DNA from: Vicinamibacterales bacterium
GTDB taxonomy: Bacteria > Acidobacteriota > Vicinamibacteria > Vicinamibacterales > CAVVIG01
Direction of reading: 5' to 3'
Assembly: GCA_050183995.1 (NCBI GenBank)
Contig: JBFXAT010000016.1
Coordinates: 1,443-65,442 of the forward strand
DNA length: 64,000 nucleotides
The position numbers were made by a program, and so were the translations under genes. This document shows, one piece after another, positions 45,231 through 55,708 of the stretch. The notes below the pieces were generated by a model that ran no database searches, was not told the DNA's origin, and saw only the letters and a program-made list of their open reading frames with translations. Position 1 is the first letter of the stretch, and the number at the start of each line of letters is the position of its first letter.

Positions 45231-46493
45231 ATGAGGCTTCGCCGCGCGGCTCTCGCGGTCCTCGCGCTCGCGGCGGGGCTCGCGCTGTCCGATGGACCGG
45301 GTGTCTCGGCACAACAACCGTCGGGGGTGCCGTCCCTCGCTCAGCGTCCGGCTGTGGCAGCCGCGCTGTCGGCGGCGAAGGCGAGCGAGCCGCGCACCCT
45401 GGAGGATCAGATCCGATTCTGCGAGGTGCCGGCGCCGCCGTTCCAGGAGGCGGCACGCGGCGAGACGCTGCGTCAGACGTTTGTCGCGCTCGGCCTGCGG
45501 AACGTTCGCGTCGATCGGGTTGGCAACGTGCTCGGCGAGCGGCCTGGAACGACCCCTCGGCCGCGTCTCGTCGTCGCCGCACATCTCGATACGGTCTTTC
45601 CCCCGGACATCCCGGTAAAGGTGACCCGGCAGGGGACAATCCTTCGAGGACCCGGCATCGGCGACAACTGCCGCGGGCTGGCAGTGCTCGTCGCGATCGC
45701 ACGATCGTTGGATCAGGGCGGCGTGAAGACCACAGGTCCGGTCACCTTCGTCGCCAATGTGGGCGAGGAGGGATTGGGGGATCTTCGCGGCATGAAGGCG
45801 CTCTTCGGCGACACGCTCAAGGGCGACGTGGACCGCTTCGTGACGATTGACAACGCCGGCATTCAGATCAGCACCGTCGGTGTCGGGAGCCGTCGCTATC
45901 GCGTGACGTTCAGGGGACCAGGCGGCCACAGCTTCAGTCAATTCGGGCTGCCGAACCCCGCGAACGCGCTCGGGCGCGCGATCGCGAAAATCGCCGACTT
46001 CCGCACAGAGAGTTCACGCACGACCTTCAACGTCGGGCGAGTGGGTGGCGGCACGGCAGTCAACGCCATCCCCTACGAGGCGTGGATGGAGGTGGAGGTC
46101 CGGTCCGCGAACCGATCGGCGCTGGCCGAGCTCGACGTGCGGCTGCTCAACGCCATCGACGATGCCGTGTCGGAGGAGCAGACACGGTGGGGGCGCGGCC
46201 TCAGCGTGGTGAAGGATCTGGTTGGGGATCGCCCGGCGGGGTCGATTCCGCGCGACTCCCCGATCGTGCTCACCGCCGCCGCCGTGGCGCGCGCGCTTCG
46301 CCTCGTGCCCGTGTACAGCGAAGCGTCGAGCGACGCGAATCTGCCGCTGAGCCTCGGCATTCCCGCCATCTCGATCGGCGGCGGGGGAGAGTCGTACGAT
46401 TCGCATCTTCCGTCCGAATGGTTCGATGCGACCAACTCGTGGCTGGGCACGCAGAACGCGATCCTGCTGACGATTGCGCTGACCGAGAACTGA
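45231..46493 (+). CDS. Secreted M20/M28-family metallopeptidase
   Basis: In-frame ATG inside track ORF 45177..46493. A signal peptide (MRLRRAALAVLALAAGLAL) is followed by AAHLDTVF, GIGDNCRG and NVGEEGLGDLRG. Confidence 0.85.
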   Translation: MRLRRAALAVLALAAGLALSDGPGVSAQQPSGVPSLAQRPAVAAALSAAKASEPRTLEDQIRFCEVPAPPFQEAARGETLRQTFVALGLRNVRVDRVGNVLGERPGTTPRPRLVVAAHLDTVFPPDIPVKVTRQGTILRGPGIGDNCRGLAVLVAIARSLDQGGVKTTGPVTFVANVGEEGLGDLRGMKALFGDTLKGDVDRFVTIDNAGIQISTVGVGSRRYRVTFRGPGGHSFSQFGLPNPANALGRAIAKIADFRTESSRTTFNVGRVGGGTAVNAIPYEAWMEVEVRSANRSALAELDVRLLNAIDDAVSEEQTRWGRGLSVVKDLVGDRPAGSIPRDSPIVLTAAAVARALRLVPVYSEASSDANLPLSLGIPAISIGGGGESYDSHLPSEWFDATNSWLGTQNAILLTIALTEN

Positions 46494-46501
46494 CGCAGGC
46501 G

Positions 46502-47101
46502 TCAGCGCTGCCGCGCTGACGCGTCGGCCCCCGCAGACCCCGCAGATGATGCAGACGATGCGCGCGTCGGAAGCGTCGCGGAATCGTTCTGAAGCCGGCG
46601 AAAGCGATCGAGATCGATGGCGCGCTGCCGTGCGGCGTCGCGACGCGCGCGCCAGATCCGGAAGGCGAACAGCGCGTGTGCGAGCACGACCAGCCAGGAG
46701 TCGGCGGCCAGGGGCTGCCCGGACAGGGCCGGTAGAAGGTTCAGCAGCGCGGCGAGCCAGAAGAACGTGCAAAAGAGGGGGTCGAGGCCGCCGCCAGGGA
46801 ACGCGCGTCCATACGCCATGGCCGCATGTTCCCAGGCGGAGCCGTCACCTTCGTGGAACACCTGGATGTAACGGCCAACGCGTTCGACTCCGGTGTGCAG
46901 GGCGAAGACGGCCTCGAATGCGACGGCAAGCAAGAGCAGTGGCGGCAGGGTGGCCGCGGGTGTGCCGGCCAGCACGGTCGACGCGAGCGCGATCGCACTC
47001 CAGGCCGCCAGCCCGGCCACCGCGATCCAGACGCGTGCGGTTCCGCGCTCGCGGATCGTCGCGCGCAGTGCTCTGTATTCCTCCAGGTCGCCCGGTGTCA
47101 T
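46502..47101 (-). CDS. Hypothetical multi-pass membrane protein
   Basis: About four hydrophobic helices are present (VWIAVAGLAAWSAIALA, LPPLLLLAVAFEAVFAL, FCTFFWLAALLNLLPAL, WLVVLAHALFAF). I prefer ATG 47101 because codons upstream of it lose the GC3 bias. The track start is 47179 (GTG). Confidence 0.6.
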   Translation of the reverse strand: MTPGDLEEYRALRATIRERGTARVWIAVAGLAAWSAIALASTVLAGTPAATLPPLLLLAVAFEAVFALHTGVERVGRYIQVFHEGDGSAWEHAAMAYGRAFPGGGLDPLFCTFFWLAALLNLLPALSGQPLAADSWLVVLAHALFAFRIWRARRDAARQRAIDLDRFRRLQNDSATLPTRASSASSAGSAGADASARQR

Positions 47102-47244
47102 GTGGCCGTTGGTCTGCGGGACCGATACTAGATCAGAGAGTCGGCGGGCGCGAGCGATCACACGGCGGCCGGCTGGCACGAGACTTGGCGACGGGGCAGC
47201 GGCGACGAAGCGTAAGTGATTTCGGCCGCGAAGCGATAAACCGC

Positions 47245-47272
47245 TTGCCCTCTATGAATTCCCTGCTAGAAT
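47245..47272 (+). promoter_or_regulatory. Sigma-70-like promoter for the PBP gene
   Basis: TTGCCC (47245-47250), a 16-nt spacer, then TAGAAT (47267-47272). The track's ATG at 47271 overlaps the -10, which argues for the downstream ATG at 47310. Confidence 0.4.
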
Positions 47273-47309
47273 GACCGTGCCTTTCCGAACACTTACAGTC
47301 GCAGGTCTC

Positions 47310-48371
47310 ATGGTGCACAGAAAACCAACTTTCTGGATTGGTACTCTGCTACTCGCCGGCGTCTTTGCCTTCGGGAGCGTTCCGCTCGAGGCACAGTCCG
47401 GCTCGTCCGCCGCACGAAAGACCACGAAGGCTCCGGCGAAACGGGCGACCGTCAGGAAGGCTCCGGTTCGCAAGGCCGTCGCGCGTCGTCCGCAGACGGC
47501 CGCGGCGCGTCGCGCCGCCGCCACGGCTCGCGAGATGGCCGACACCGTCGTGCCGCGCTACAAGGTGGACGCCAGCGGCGAGTTGGTGCCAGACCTTCGC
47601 GCCGCCGCGGCCATCATCTACAACCCCGAGACCAACGAGGTTCTCTGGGAGGAGCACTCGCAGGATCAGCGGTCGATTGCCAGCATCACCAAGTTGATGA
47701 CGGCGACGGTCTTCCTCGAAAACGATCCTGATCTGACGCAGGTGGTGACGGTCGTCCGCAGTGACGTGTTTCGAGCGTCGACCACCCGGCTCATCGCTGG
47801 GGACAAGCTCAGGACTGGCGATTTGCTCCATCTGCTCCTGATCGCCTCCGACAACGCGGCCGCCCGGGCGCTGGCGCGTGTGTCGCCTCACGGCTCGGTC
47901 GGTTTCATCCGTCGTATGAACGAGAAGGCGGCGGAGCTGGGGCTCGAGAGCACGCACTACGCGGATCCTTCCGGCCTGCTCTCGGACAACGTGTCGTCGG
48001 CGTTCGACATGGCGAAGCTGATCACGCACGTCTCCGGCGACGAGCGCATGTCCTCGCTCATGCGAACGCGACAGGACACGATTCACACCGCGCGACGCAC
48101 GATCACGTTCCGCAACACCAACCATCTGCTCGAGCGCAGCGATCTGGAAGTGATGGCGGGGAAGACCGGGTTCATCTCGAAGGCCGGTTACTGCCTCGCG
48201 ACGCTGCTCCAGCTCCCGCAGGGGGGGCAACAGGTGGCGGTCGTCGTGCTCGGCGCCCGTTCGAACGCGGGCCGGTTCCTGGAAACCCAGAACCTCTTCA
48301 CGTGGCTCTCGTCGAAGGCCTCGACGCTCTTCGCGACCAGCACGCCGACCGCGCTGCGCGATCAGCAGTAG
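47310..48371 (+). CDS. D-alanyl-D-alanine carboxypeptidase/endopeptidase (S11 penicillin-binding protein)
   Basis: A signal peptide (MVHRKPTFWIGTLLLAGVFAFGSVPLEAQ) is followed by the SxxK (SITK), SxN (SDN) and KTG motifs. Confidence 0.88.
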   Translation: MVHRKPTFWIGTLLLAGVFAFGSVPLEAQSGSSAARKTTKAPAKRATVRKAPVRKAVARRPQTAAARRAAATAREMADTVVPRYKVDASGELVPDLRAAAAIIYNPETNEVLWEEHSQDQRSIASITKLMTATVFLENDPDLTQVVTVVRSDVFRASTTRLIAGDKLRTGDLLHLLLIASDNAAARALARVSPHGSVGFIRRMNEKAAELGLESTHYADPSGLLSDNVSSAFDMAKLITHVSGDERMSSLMRTRQDTIHTARRTITFRNTNHLLERSDLEVMAGKTGFISKAGYCLATLLQLPQGGQQVAVVVLGARSNAGRFLETQNLFTWLSSKASTLFATSTPTALRDQQ

Positions 48372-48378
48372 CCGACGT

Positions 48379-49245
48379 TCAGCCTCGATAGCCCCGCGCC
48401 ATGGCTGCCGCGTCGAGCGGCAGCGTGGCCACCGTGTCCACGGCGGCCATCACGGGCCGCTGCCCGTGACGCGCATCGTAGGCTTTCAGATACCTCCGGC
48501 AGACATCGCATCCATACACACGGTACCGGCCGTCGCGCGTCGCGAAAGACGTGACCAGCGTGCGCTCGTCGTTCGCGCAGTACGGACAGGTGTGAACGCC
48601 GTAGACCCACTGCGCCAGACATCGCCCGCAGATCAGCTTCCGCTCGCCGTCGAGTCCCACGACCGCGAAGTCCGGCTCCCAGCCGCAGACGGGGCAGTGT
48701 CCGTGATGCCAGCGCGCGAAGTCGGGCCTCGGCAGCAGCGCTTCAGCGCAGCGTGCGAGAAAAGGCCGCAAGGAGAGCAGGAGTAGCTGCTCGATGCTGT
48801 CGGGCGCATCGGCGGGAAGCCGCTGTGGCGGCGGCCCCGGTTCGACCCCGGAACTCGCGAGATACCAGTTGGTGACGATCGGTTCGAGGGCGTTGCCGTC
48901 CCGCGTCAAAGTCAGCAGCTGTTCGTACTCCGACCGGTCGATCGTCTCGTAGCGATGAAGCACGTCCGAAGTCTGACGAAGTGTCAGACGGAAATCGCTC
49001 CAATCGAGCGGGATGTCGCCGAACCGCACAGCCGGACGGCCCGCTTGTTGTTGGGCGGAGAGCCATCCGGGATCGGGCTGCAGCCGCGGGAGCGGCACGC
49101 GCGACTGCACGCGCCGCTGGATCTGCACGAGCGCGATCTGCATGTCGACCGCCTGTGAGAGCTCGGGATGGGCGCTCTTGACCTGCCGGAGCTCGACGAT
49201 TTCACGGGGCTCCGCACGAGTCGGGCGGGGCGGGCGTTCTGACAC
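48379..49245 (-). CDS. fdhE: FdhE-like protein (formate dehydrogenase accessory/rubredoxin-like Cys clusters)
   Basis: Four CxxC pairs are present: CPVCG, CGRC, CPYC and CDVC. I chose the start at GTG 49245 (VSERPPRP...), giving 288 aa, because the longer track ORF adds junk. Confidence 0.8.
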   Translation of the reverse strand: MSERPPRPTRAEPREIVELRQVKSAHPELSQAVDMQIALVQIQRRVQSRVPLPRLQPDPGWLSAQQQAGRPAVRFGDIPLDWSDFRLTLRQTSDVLHRYETIDRSEYEQLLTLTRDGNALEPIVTNWYLASSGVEPGPPPQRLPADAPDSIEQLLLLSLRPFLARCAEALLPRPDFARWHHGHCPVCGWEPDFAVVGLDGERKLICGRCLAQWVYGVHTCPYCANDERTLVTSFATRDGRYRVYGCDVCRRYLKAYDARHGQRPVMAAVDTVATLPLDAAAMARGYRG

Positions 49246-49297
49246 TTGAGCTATTGTATCGTGCCTCGAGCAGGCGGCCGGGCGACCGGTTGATACA

Positions 49298-50803
49298 ATG
49301 GCGCACCGTCGCATGCCGCCAGCCGGACAACCCCAGCCCCCTTCTCCCCCGCGCACAGTCCTGATGATCGGCTCGGAAGCGCTGCCCTTCGCCAAGACCG
49401 GAGGGCTGGCGGACGTGCTTGGGGCGTTGCCAGCGGCCCTGGCGCGTCTCGGGTGGGACGTCACGCTGGTGATGCCTCGCTACCGCGGCGTCGACGCCGG
49501 CCGGTTCCTCGAGCGGCGCCCTGTGACGGTCGGCGGCTTCTTCGCCGACGTGCGCTTCTACGAGGAACCGCTGGCCGACGGCGCGCGCGCGATCTTGGTC
49601 GACGAGCCGTCCCTCTACGACCGCCCTTATTTGTACGGCGAGGGGAACGCGGACTACCCGGACAACCCGCGCCGGTTCGCGCTGCTCGCCCGCGCGGCCT
49701 TCGAATGGGCGATTCGTGCCGGCGTCGCGCCGACCATCGTCCACGCCCACGACTGGCAGGCGGGGCTGGCGCCGGTCTACCTGCGAACGATGTACGCCGG
49801 CAATCCGCTTCTCGCTGGCGCTCGCTCCGTGTTCACGATCCACAACCTCGCCTATCAGGGACGTTTCGAACCCGATTGGGTCCCTCGGCTCGATTTGCCG
49901 TGGAGCGCGTACACGATCGAGCAGCTCGAGTTCTGGGAGACGATGAGCTTCTTGAAGGGAGGCGTGGTCAATGCGGACGCGGTGACCACGGTCAGCCCGG
50001 GGTACGCCAGGGAGATCCAGACGCCGGCCGGAGGCGCCGGCTTCGACGGCATTTTGCGATCGAGAGCCGAACGACTGTTCGGCGTGTTGAACGGCATCGA
50101 CGTGCGGGAGTGGGATCCGGCTCACGACAAGCATCTCCCAGAGCCGTACAGCGCCGACGATCTGGCCGGGAAGCGGGCCGCCAAGGCCGCGGTCCTGCGC
50201 GCGTACGGACTCGAAGCCGACGACGGGGCGCTTGCGCGCCCGCTCGTGGGCATGATCTCGCGGATGGTGGACCAAAAGGGGCTCGACCTGATTGCGGCGC
50301 TCTCGCCGCAGTTGCCCGCGCTGAACGCCTCGTTCGTGGTGCTCGGGACCGGAGAGCCGCGCTATCAGGACATGTGGCGCGCCCTCGCCGCGGCGCATCC
50401 GGATCGGATCGGCGCACGCATCGGCTTCGACGAAGGGCTGGCGCATCTCATCGAGGGCGGCGCCGACATCTTCCTGATGCCGTCGCTGTTCGAGCCCTGC
50501 GGCTTGAACCAGATGTACAGCCTGCGGTACGGCACCGTGCCCATCGTCCGTCGGACTGGAGGGCTGGCCGACACCGTCGTGGACTACGCGCGCGGCCGAA
50601 AAGGGGCGACCGGGTTCGTGTTCGACGAGTACTCGCCGGCGGCGCTGTTCGGCACGATGCGGCGTGCCTTGGGAGTATTCGGGAACCGGTCCGCCTGGCG
50701 CGCGCTGCAACGGAACGGGATGAAGCAAGACCTTTCCTGGGACCGCTCAGCTCGGGAGTACGTCAAAATATATGGATTCGCGACTACCCAAGGGAGAGGT
50801 TAA
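49298..50803 (+). CDS. glgA: Glycogen synthase (ADP-glucose type, GT5)
   Basis: Contains SEALPFAKTGGLADV and a C-terminal PSLFEPCGLNQMY. The start is uncertain among 49298, 49313 and 49364. Confidence 0.92.
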   Translation: MAHRRMPPAGQPQPPSPPRTVLMIGSEALPFAKTGGLADVLGALPAALARLGWDVTLVMPRYRGVDAGRFLERRPVTVGGFFADVRFYEEPLADGARAILVDEPSLYDRPYLYGEGNADYPDNPRRFALLARAAFEWAIRAGVAPTIVHAHDWQAGLAPVYLRTMYAGNPLLAGARSVFTIHNLAYQGRFEPDWVPRLDLPWSAYTIEQLEFWETMSFLKGGVVNADAVTTVSPGYAREIQTPAGGAGFDGILRSRAERLFGVLNGIDVREWDPAHDKHLPEPYSADDLAGKRAAKAAVLRAYGLEADDGALARPLVGMISRMVDQKGLDLIAALSPQLPALNASFVVLGTGEPRYQDMWRALAAAHPDRIGARIGFDEGLAHLIEGGADIFLMPSLFEPCGLNQMYSLRYGTVPIVRRTGGLADTVVDYARGRKGATGFVFDEYSPAALFGTMRRALGVFGNRSAWRALQRNGMKQDLSWDRSAREYVKIYGFATTQGRG

Positions 50804-51132
50804 TGGCAGCGGACAACGTGCAGACCTTCACGGACAGCAACTTCGACTCGTCGGTACTGCAGAGCGGGCAGCCGGTATTGGTCGATTTCTGGGCGGAATG
50901 GTGCGGCCCGTGCAAACGGCTGGGGCCCACGATCGACCAGCTGGCGGCGGAGTACGAGGGCAAGGTGACCATCGGCAAGCTGAACGTCGACGAGAACCCG
51001 AACACCGCGATCAAGTTCCAGATCCGCGGCATTCCGGCGGTGTTGCTCTTCAAGGGTGGCGCGATCGTCGAGTCGGTCGTCGGGCTCGCACCCAAGGAAG
51101 AGTTCAAGAAGGCCATCGATAAGCACATCTGA
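50803..51132 (+). CDS. trxA: Thioredoxin
   Basis: Has the WCGPC active site and is 109 aa. Its ATG overlaps the glgA TAA (TAATG), and AGGGAGAGG lies upstream. Confidence 0.93.
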   Translation: MAADNVQTFTDSNFDSSVLQSGQPVLVDFWAEWCGPCKRLGPTIDQLAAEYEGKVTIGKLNVDENPNTAIKFQIRGIPAVLLFKGGAIVESVVGLAPKEEFKKAIDKHI

Positions 51133-52077
51133 ATGACACCCCGCAACGTCATCGTCATAGGGTCCGGCCCCGCCGGACTCACCGCCGCGCTTTACGCCGC
51201 CCGGGCCAATCTGAGCCCGCTCGTGATCGAGGGGCTCGAGGCTGGCGGCCAGCTCATGATCACCTCGCTGGTGGAGAACTTTCCCGGGTATCGCGACGGA
51301 ATCCTGGGACCGGACCTGATGGGCGAGATGCGCGCGCAGGCCGAGCGATTCGGAGCGGAGCTCGTGCAGAGCTACGTGACTGCCGTCGACCTGCTCGCAT
51401 CGCCCTTCGTCGTGCGGACGACCGACGCCGAGTACACGGCCCGCTCCATCATCATCGCGACGGGCGCCTCGGCGAAGCTCCTGGGCCTGCCGTCGGAACG
51501 GCAACTCATGGGGCACGGGGTCTCCACCTGCGCGACGTGCGACGGCTACTTTTTTCGCGGTCAGGAGATCGCGGTCGTCGGCGGAGGGGACTCCGCCATG
51601 GAGGAGGCCAACTTCCTCACGAAGTTCGCCTCGAAGGTGACGCTGGTCCATCGGCGCGACGCCTTCCGCGCGTCGAAGATCATGCAGGACAAGGTGCGCG
51701 CGAATCCGAAGATCGAGTTGCGGCTCAACTCGATCGTCGAGGAGATTCGCGATGCCGGTCAGGGCGCCGTGGGCAGCGTCGTTCTCCAGGACGTCACGAC
51801 GGGATCGGTGAGCGAGGTGCCGGTCGCTGGTGTCTTCATCGCGATCGGACACACGCCGAACACCGCGTTGTTCAAGGGGCAGCTCGAGCTCGACGAAGAC
51901 GGCTATGTCGTCACTCGAGACGGGACGAAGACCAATCTGCCAGGCGTCTTCGCCTGCGGCGACGTGCAGGATCACATCTACCGGCAGGCGATCACCGCCG
52001 CCGGGTCAGGGTGTATGGCGGCGCTGGACGCCGAGCACTACCTCGAAGGCATCCCCGAGCACCTGCATTCGGTCTGA
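51133..52077 (+). CDS. trxB: Thioredoxin-disulfide reductase
   Basis: Contains [17 protein letters not shown], the CATCDG redox site and [10 protein letters not shown]. It starts directly after the trxA stop. Confidence 0.95.
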   Translation: MTPRNVIVIGSGPAGLTAALYAARANLSPLVIEGLEAGGQLMITSLVENFPGYRDGILGPDLMGEMRAQAERFGAELVQSYVTAVDLLASPFVVRTTDAEYTARSIIIATGASAKLLGLPSERQLMGHGVSTCATCDGYFFRGQEIAVVGGGDSAMEEANFLTKFASKVTLVHRRDAFRASKIMQDKVRANPKIELRLNSIVEEIRDAGQGAVGSVVLQDVTTGSVSEVPVAGVFIAIGHTPNTALFKGQLELDEDGYVVTRDGTKTNLPGVFACGDVQDHIYRQAITAAGSGCMAALDAEHYLEGIPEHLHSV

Positions 52078-52078
52078 C

Positions 52079-52705
52079 CTACGAGCGCCTGTCTCGCTGC
52101 CATTCGAGGTGGGCTCGCACCGTCGGCCACTCACTGGCGATGATGCTGTAGACGCACGTGTCGCGGAGCGTGCCGTTTGACGCGCGCTGGTGGTTCCGCA
52201 GGATCCCGTCGAGCCGCGCGCCGAGGCGCTCGATGGCCCGCCGGCTTCGGACGTTGAGGACGTGCGTGCGCAGCTCGACGGCGATGCAGGCGAGCGTCTC
52301 GAACGCGTGTGTGAGCAGGAGGAGCTTGCACTCGGTATTGAGCACCGTACGCTGCACACGTGCCGCGTACCAGGTCGCCCCGATCTCGACCCGGCGATGA
52401 ACGGCGTCGACGTTCATGAACGTCGTCATCCCCACCGGCGTGCCCGTGCGATCGAGCACGGTGAACGGCAGCATCGATCCGGACTGCTGCAGAGCCAGGC
52501 GCCGCGCGATCTCGAGGCCCATCTCCTCTGGCGCGGGAACGGTCGTGAACCACAAGCGCCACAGCTCACCGTCTCGAACCGCCTCGACGAGTCCGGCCTG
52601 ATGGTCCAGACTCAGCGGCCGCAGGGTCACCTGCGTGCCGCGAAGGGTGACGGGCGTCAAGTCGAAGGGTGCATCCAGATGCGCGGGCGAGGGCACGAGG
52701 GGCAT
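52079..52705 (-). CDS. GNAT-family N-acetyltransferase (RimJ/RimL-like)
   Basis: Its length and motifs (LRPLSLDH..., IGATWYAARVQRT, acetyl-CoA region RSRRAIERLGA) fit GNAT. I prefer ATG 52705 over the TTG at 52717. Confidence 0.85.
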   Translation of the reverse strand: MPLVPSPAHLDAPFDLTPVTLRGTQVTLRPLSLDHQAGLVEAVRDGELWRLWFTTVPAPEEMGLEIARRLALQQSGSMLPFTVLDRTGTPVGMTTFMNVDAVHRRVEIGATWYAARVQRTVLNTECKLLLLTHAFETLACIAVELRTHVLNVRSRRAIERLGARLDGILRNHQRASNGTLRDTCVYSIIASEWPTVRAHLEWQRDRRS

Positions 52706-52749
52706 TTCACCCCGCAACGCAGGGCGTCGTCAAATCCGCGCCGGACCCC

Positions 52750-52779
52750 TCAGTCGAACCACCCTCAGTCGATCCACCG

Positions 52780-52794
<15 letters not shown>
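52750..52794. repeat. Three tandem 15-bp units that include the mnmA stop codon
   Basis: On the plus strand: TCAGTCGAACCACCC (52750-52764), TCAGTCGATCCACCG (52765-52779) and TCAGTCGATCCACCC (52780-52794). On the minus strand each unit reads (G/R)W(I/F)D-TGA, in frame with mnmA. Confidence 0.9.
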
Positions 52795-53859
<1,065 letters not shown>

Positions 53860-53887
53860 GGGTACAGCTGCCGTAGGAACGATGTGA

Positions 53888-55057
53888 TCATCGCGCGGCA
53901 CCGGCGCGCGGGCGCGTCAGACGTCGGAGCCGGTCGACCAGTCGTGGCAGGGTGTCCAGCACGAGATCCACTTCGCGCTCGGTCGAGAAGAGGCCGAGGC
54001 TGAAGCGCAGCGCGTTCTGGGTGCGGTGCGCCGGGAATCCCATGGCCCGCAGGACGTGCGACGGCTCCAGCGTGCCCGACGAGCAGGCGGATCCGGTGGA
54101 CACCGCGATGCCTTCGAGGTCGAGCGCGATCAGCAGGCTCTCGGCTTCGACGCGATCGAAGCTGACGTTGGTCGTGTTCGCGACCCGAGGCGAGCCGCCG
54201 CCGTTGACGACGGTGCCGGGGACCCGATCGAGAATGCCGCGCTCCAGCCGGTCGCGAAGCGCCCCGAGACGAACGGTTTCGCCGTCCATCTTCGCCACTG
54301 CGAGCGTCGCGGCGACCCCCATGCCGGCGATCGCGGGAACGTCTTCGGTACCCGCCCGCCGGTTCCGCTCGTGTTTGCCACCCGTGAGAATCGGCAGCAG
54401 CCGCGTGCCGCGCTTCACGAAGAGCGCGCCGGCGCCCTTGGGGCCGTTGAACTTGTGCGCGGACAACGCGAGCAGATCGACACCGAGTGCCCGCACGTCG
54501 ACCGGCACCTTGCCGATCGACTGCACGGCGTCGGTGTGCAGCAAGGCTCCGTGCTCGTGCGCAAGGGCCGCGATGTCGGCGATCGGCTGCAGCGTGCCGA
54601 TCTCGTTGTTGGCATGCATCACCGAGACGAGCGCGGTGTCCGGCGTCAGGGCTTCGCGCACGCGCGCGGGAGACACCACGCCCGACTGGTCGACCGGAAT
54701 GAGCGTCGTGCGCCAGCCTCGGCGGGTGAGCGCCTTCAACGTGTTCAGCACGGCCTCGTGTTCGATGGCGCTCGCGATCAGGTGACGCCGCCCCGTGGCT
54801 TCGAGCGCCTCGGCGGCCCCGCGCAGGGCGAGGTTGTCCGCTTCGGTCCCACCGCTCGTGAACACCAGCTCGGAAGGGTCGCATCCCACCAGCACGGAGA
54901 CAGCGGAGCGGGCCTCGTCGAGCGCGCCCTTGGCCTGCTGGCCGAAGTGGTGCACGCTCGACGCGTTCCCGAAGAGGTCGCGTGTCGCGAGAGTCACGCG
55001 CTCGACCACCTCGGGTGCGGGCGGGGTGGTGGCGTTGTAGTCGAAGTAGACACGCAT
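53888..55057 (-). CDS. Cysteine desulfurase (NifS/IscS class)
   Basis: Contains MRVYFDYNATTP, the PLP lysine motif SAHKFNGPKG and the catalytic cysteine loop STGSACSSG. Confidence 0.92.
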   Translation of the reverse strand: MRVYFDYNATTPPAPEVVERVTLATRDLFGNASSVHHFGQQAKGALDEARSAVSVLVGCDPSELVFTSGGTEADNLALRGAAEALEATGRRHLIASAIEHEAVLNTLKALTRRGWRTTLIPVDQSGVVSPARVREALTPDTALVSVMHANNEIGTLQPIADIAALAHEHGALLHTDAVQSIGKVPVDVRALGVDLLALSAHKFNGPKGAGALFVKRGTRLLPILTGGKHERNRRAGTEDVPAIAGMGVAATLAVAKMDGETVRLGALRDRLERGILDRVPGTVVNGGGSPRVANTTNVSFDRVEAESLLIALDLEGIAVSTGSACSSGTLEPSHVLRAMGFPAHRTQNALRFSLGLFSTEREVDLVLDTLPRLVDRLRRLTRPRAGAAR

Positions 55058-55200
55058 GGTGAATTGTTCATTCTACCATTCACGCTAAGTGTAGGCAGCA
55101 AAAGGACTAGACATCCGTTTCTCGGCGAGCCTATACTCAGGGCTCGACAGTTCCCAGCACTCCGGGGCGGGCGCCCCACACCGTGCAAGCCGAGGTTCAT

Positions 55201-55698
55201 ATGTGGAAACGCGACGAAGGCGTCCGCGGCTCGACCGGACAGCCTGCGGCACAGCCGCAGCCGACATCCCTCCAACACAGACCGCCAATCGGTCACTCCG
55301 CGGAGCGAGACATCGTGAATATCGGCAAGTCGGTCATCGTCAAGGGCGAGCTGAGCGGGAGCGAGGATCTCACGATCGAAGGGCACGTCGAGGGCACGAT
55401 TCAACTGCCCGACCACGTGCTGACCATCGGTCCCAATGGCCGGATCCGCGCGCAAGTGTTCGCGAAGTCGATCATCGTGCTTGGGGAGATTCACGGCAAC
55501 GTGACCGCAAGCGAGAAAGTCGACATCCGGGACAAGGGTTCGGTCAACGGCGACATCATGTCGCCGCGGGTCGCGATTTCCGAGGGGGCGCACTTCCGCG
55601 GCAGCGTCGACATGCAGCGCAAGCCGGCGGCGGCGAAGCCCGCTGTCGAGGCGAAGCCCGCTGCCGCCGCGGGACAGCCGGCCGCCGCGCGCGTCTGA
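55201..55698 (+). CDS. Bactofilin (polymer-forming cytoskeletal protein, DUF583)
   Basis: Shows beta-helical repeats (IGKSVIVKGELSGSEDLTIEGHVEGTI...IIVLGEIHGNVTASEKVDIRDKGSVNGDI). ATG 55201 is preceded by GAGG. The C-terminal tail is Ala/Lys/Pro-rich. Confidence 0.88.
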   Translation: MWKRDEGVRGSTGQPAAQPQPTSLQHRPPIGHSAERDIVNIGKSVIVKGELSGSEDLTIEGHVEGTIQLPDHVLTIGPNGRIRAQVFAKSIIVLGEIHGNVTASEKVDIRDKGSVNGDIMSPRVAISEGAHFRGSVDMQRKPAAAKPAVEAKPAAAAGQPAAARV

Positions 55699-55708
55699 GC
55701 GGGCCTGC

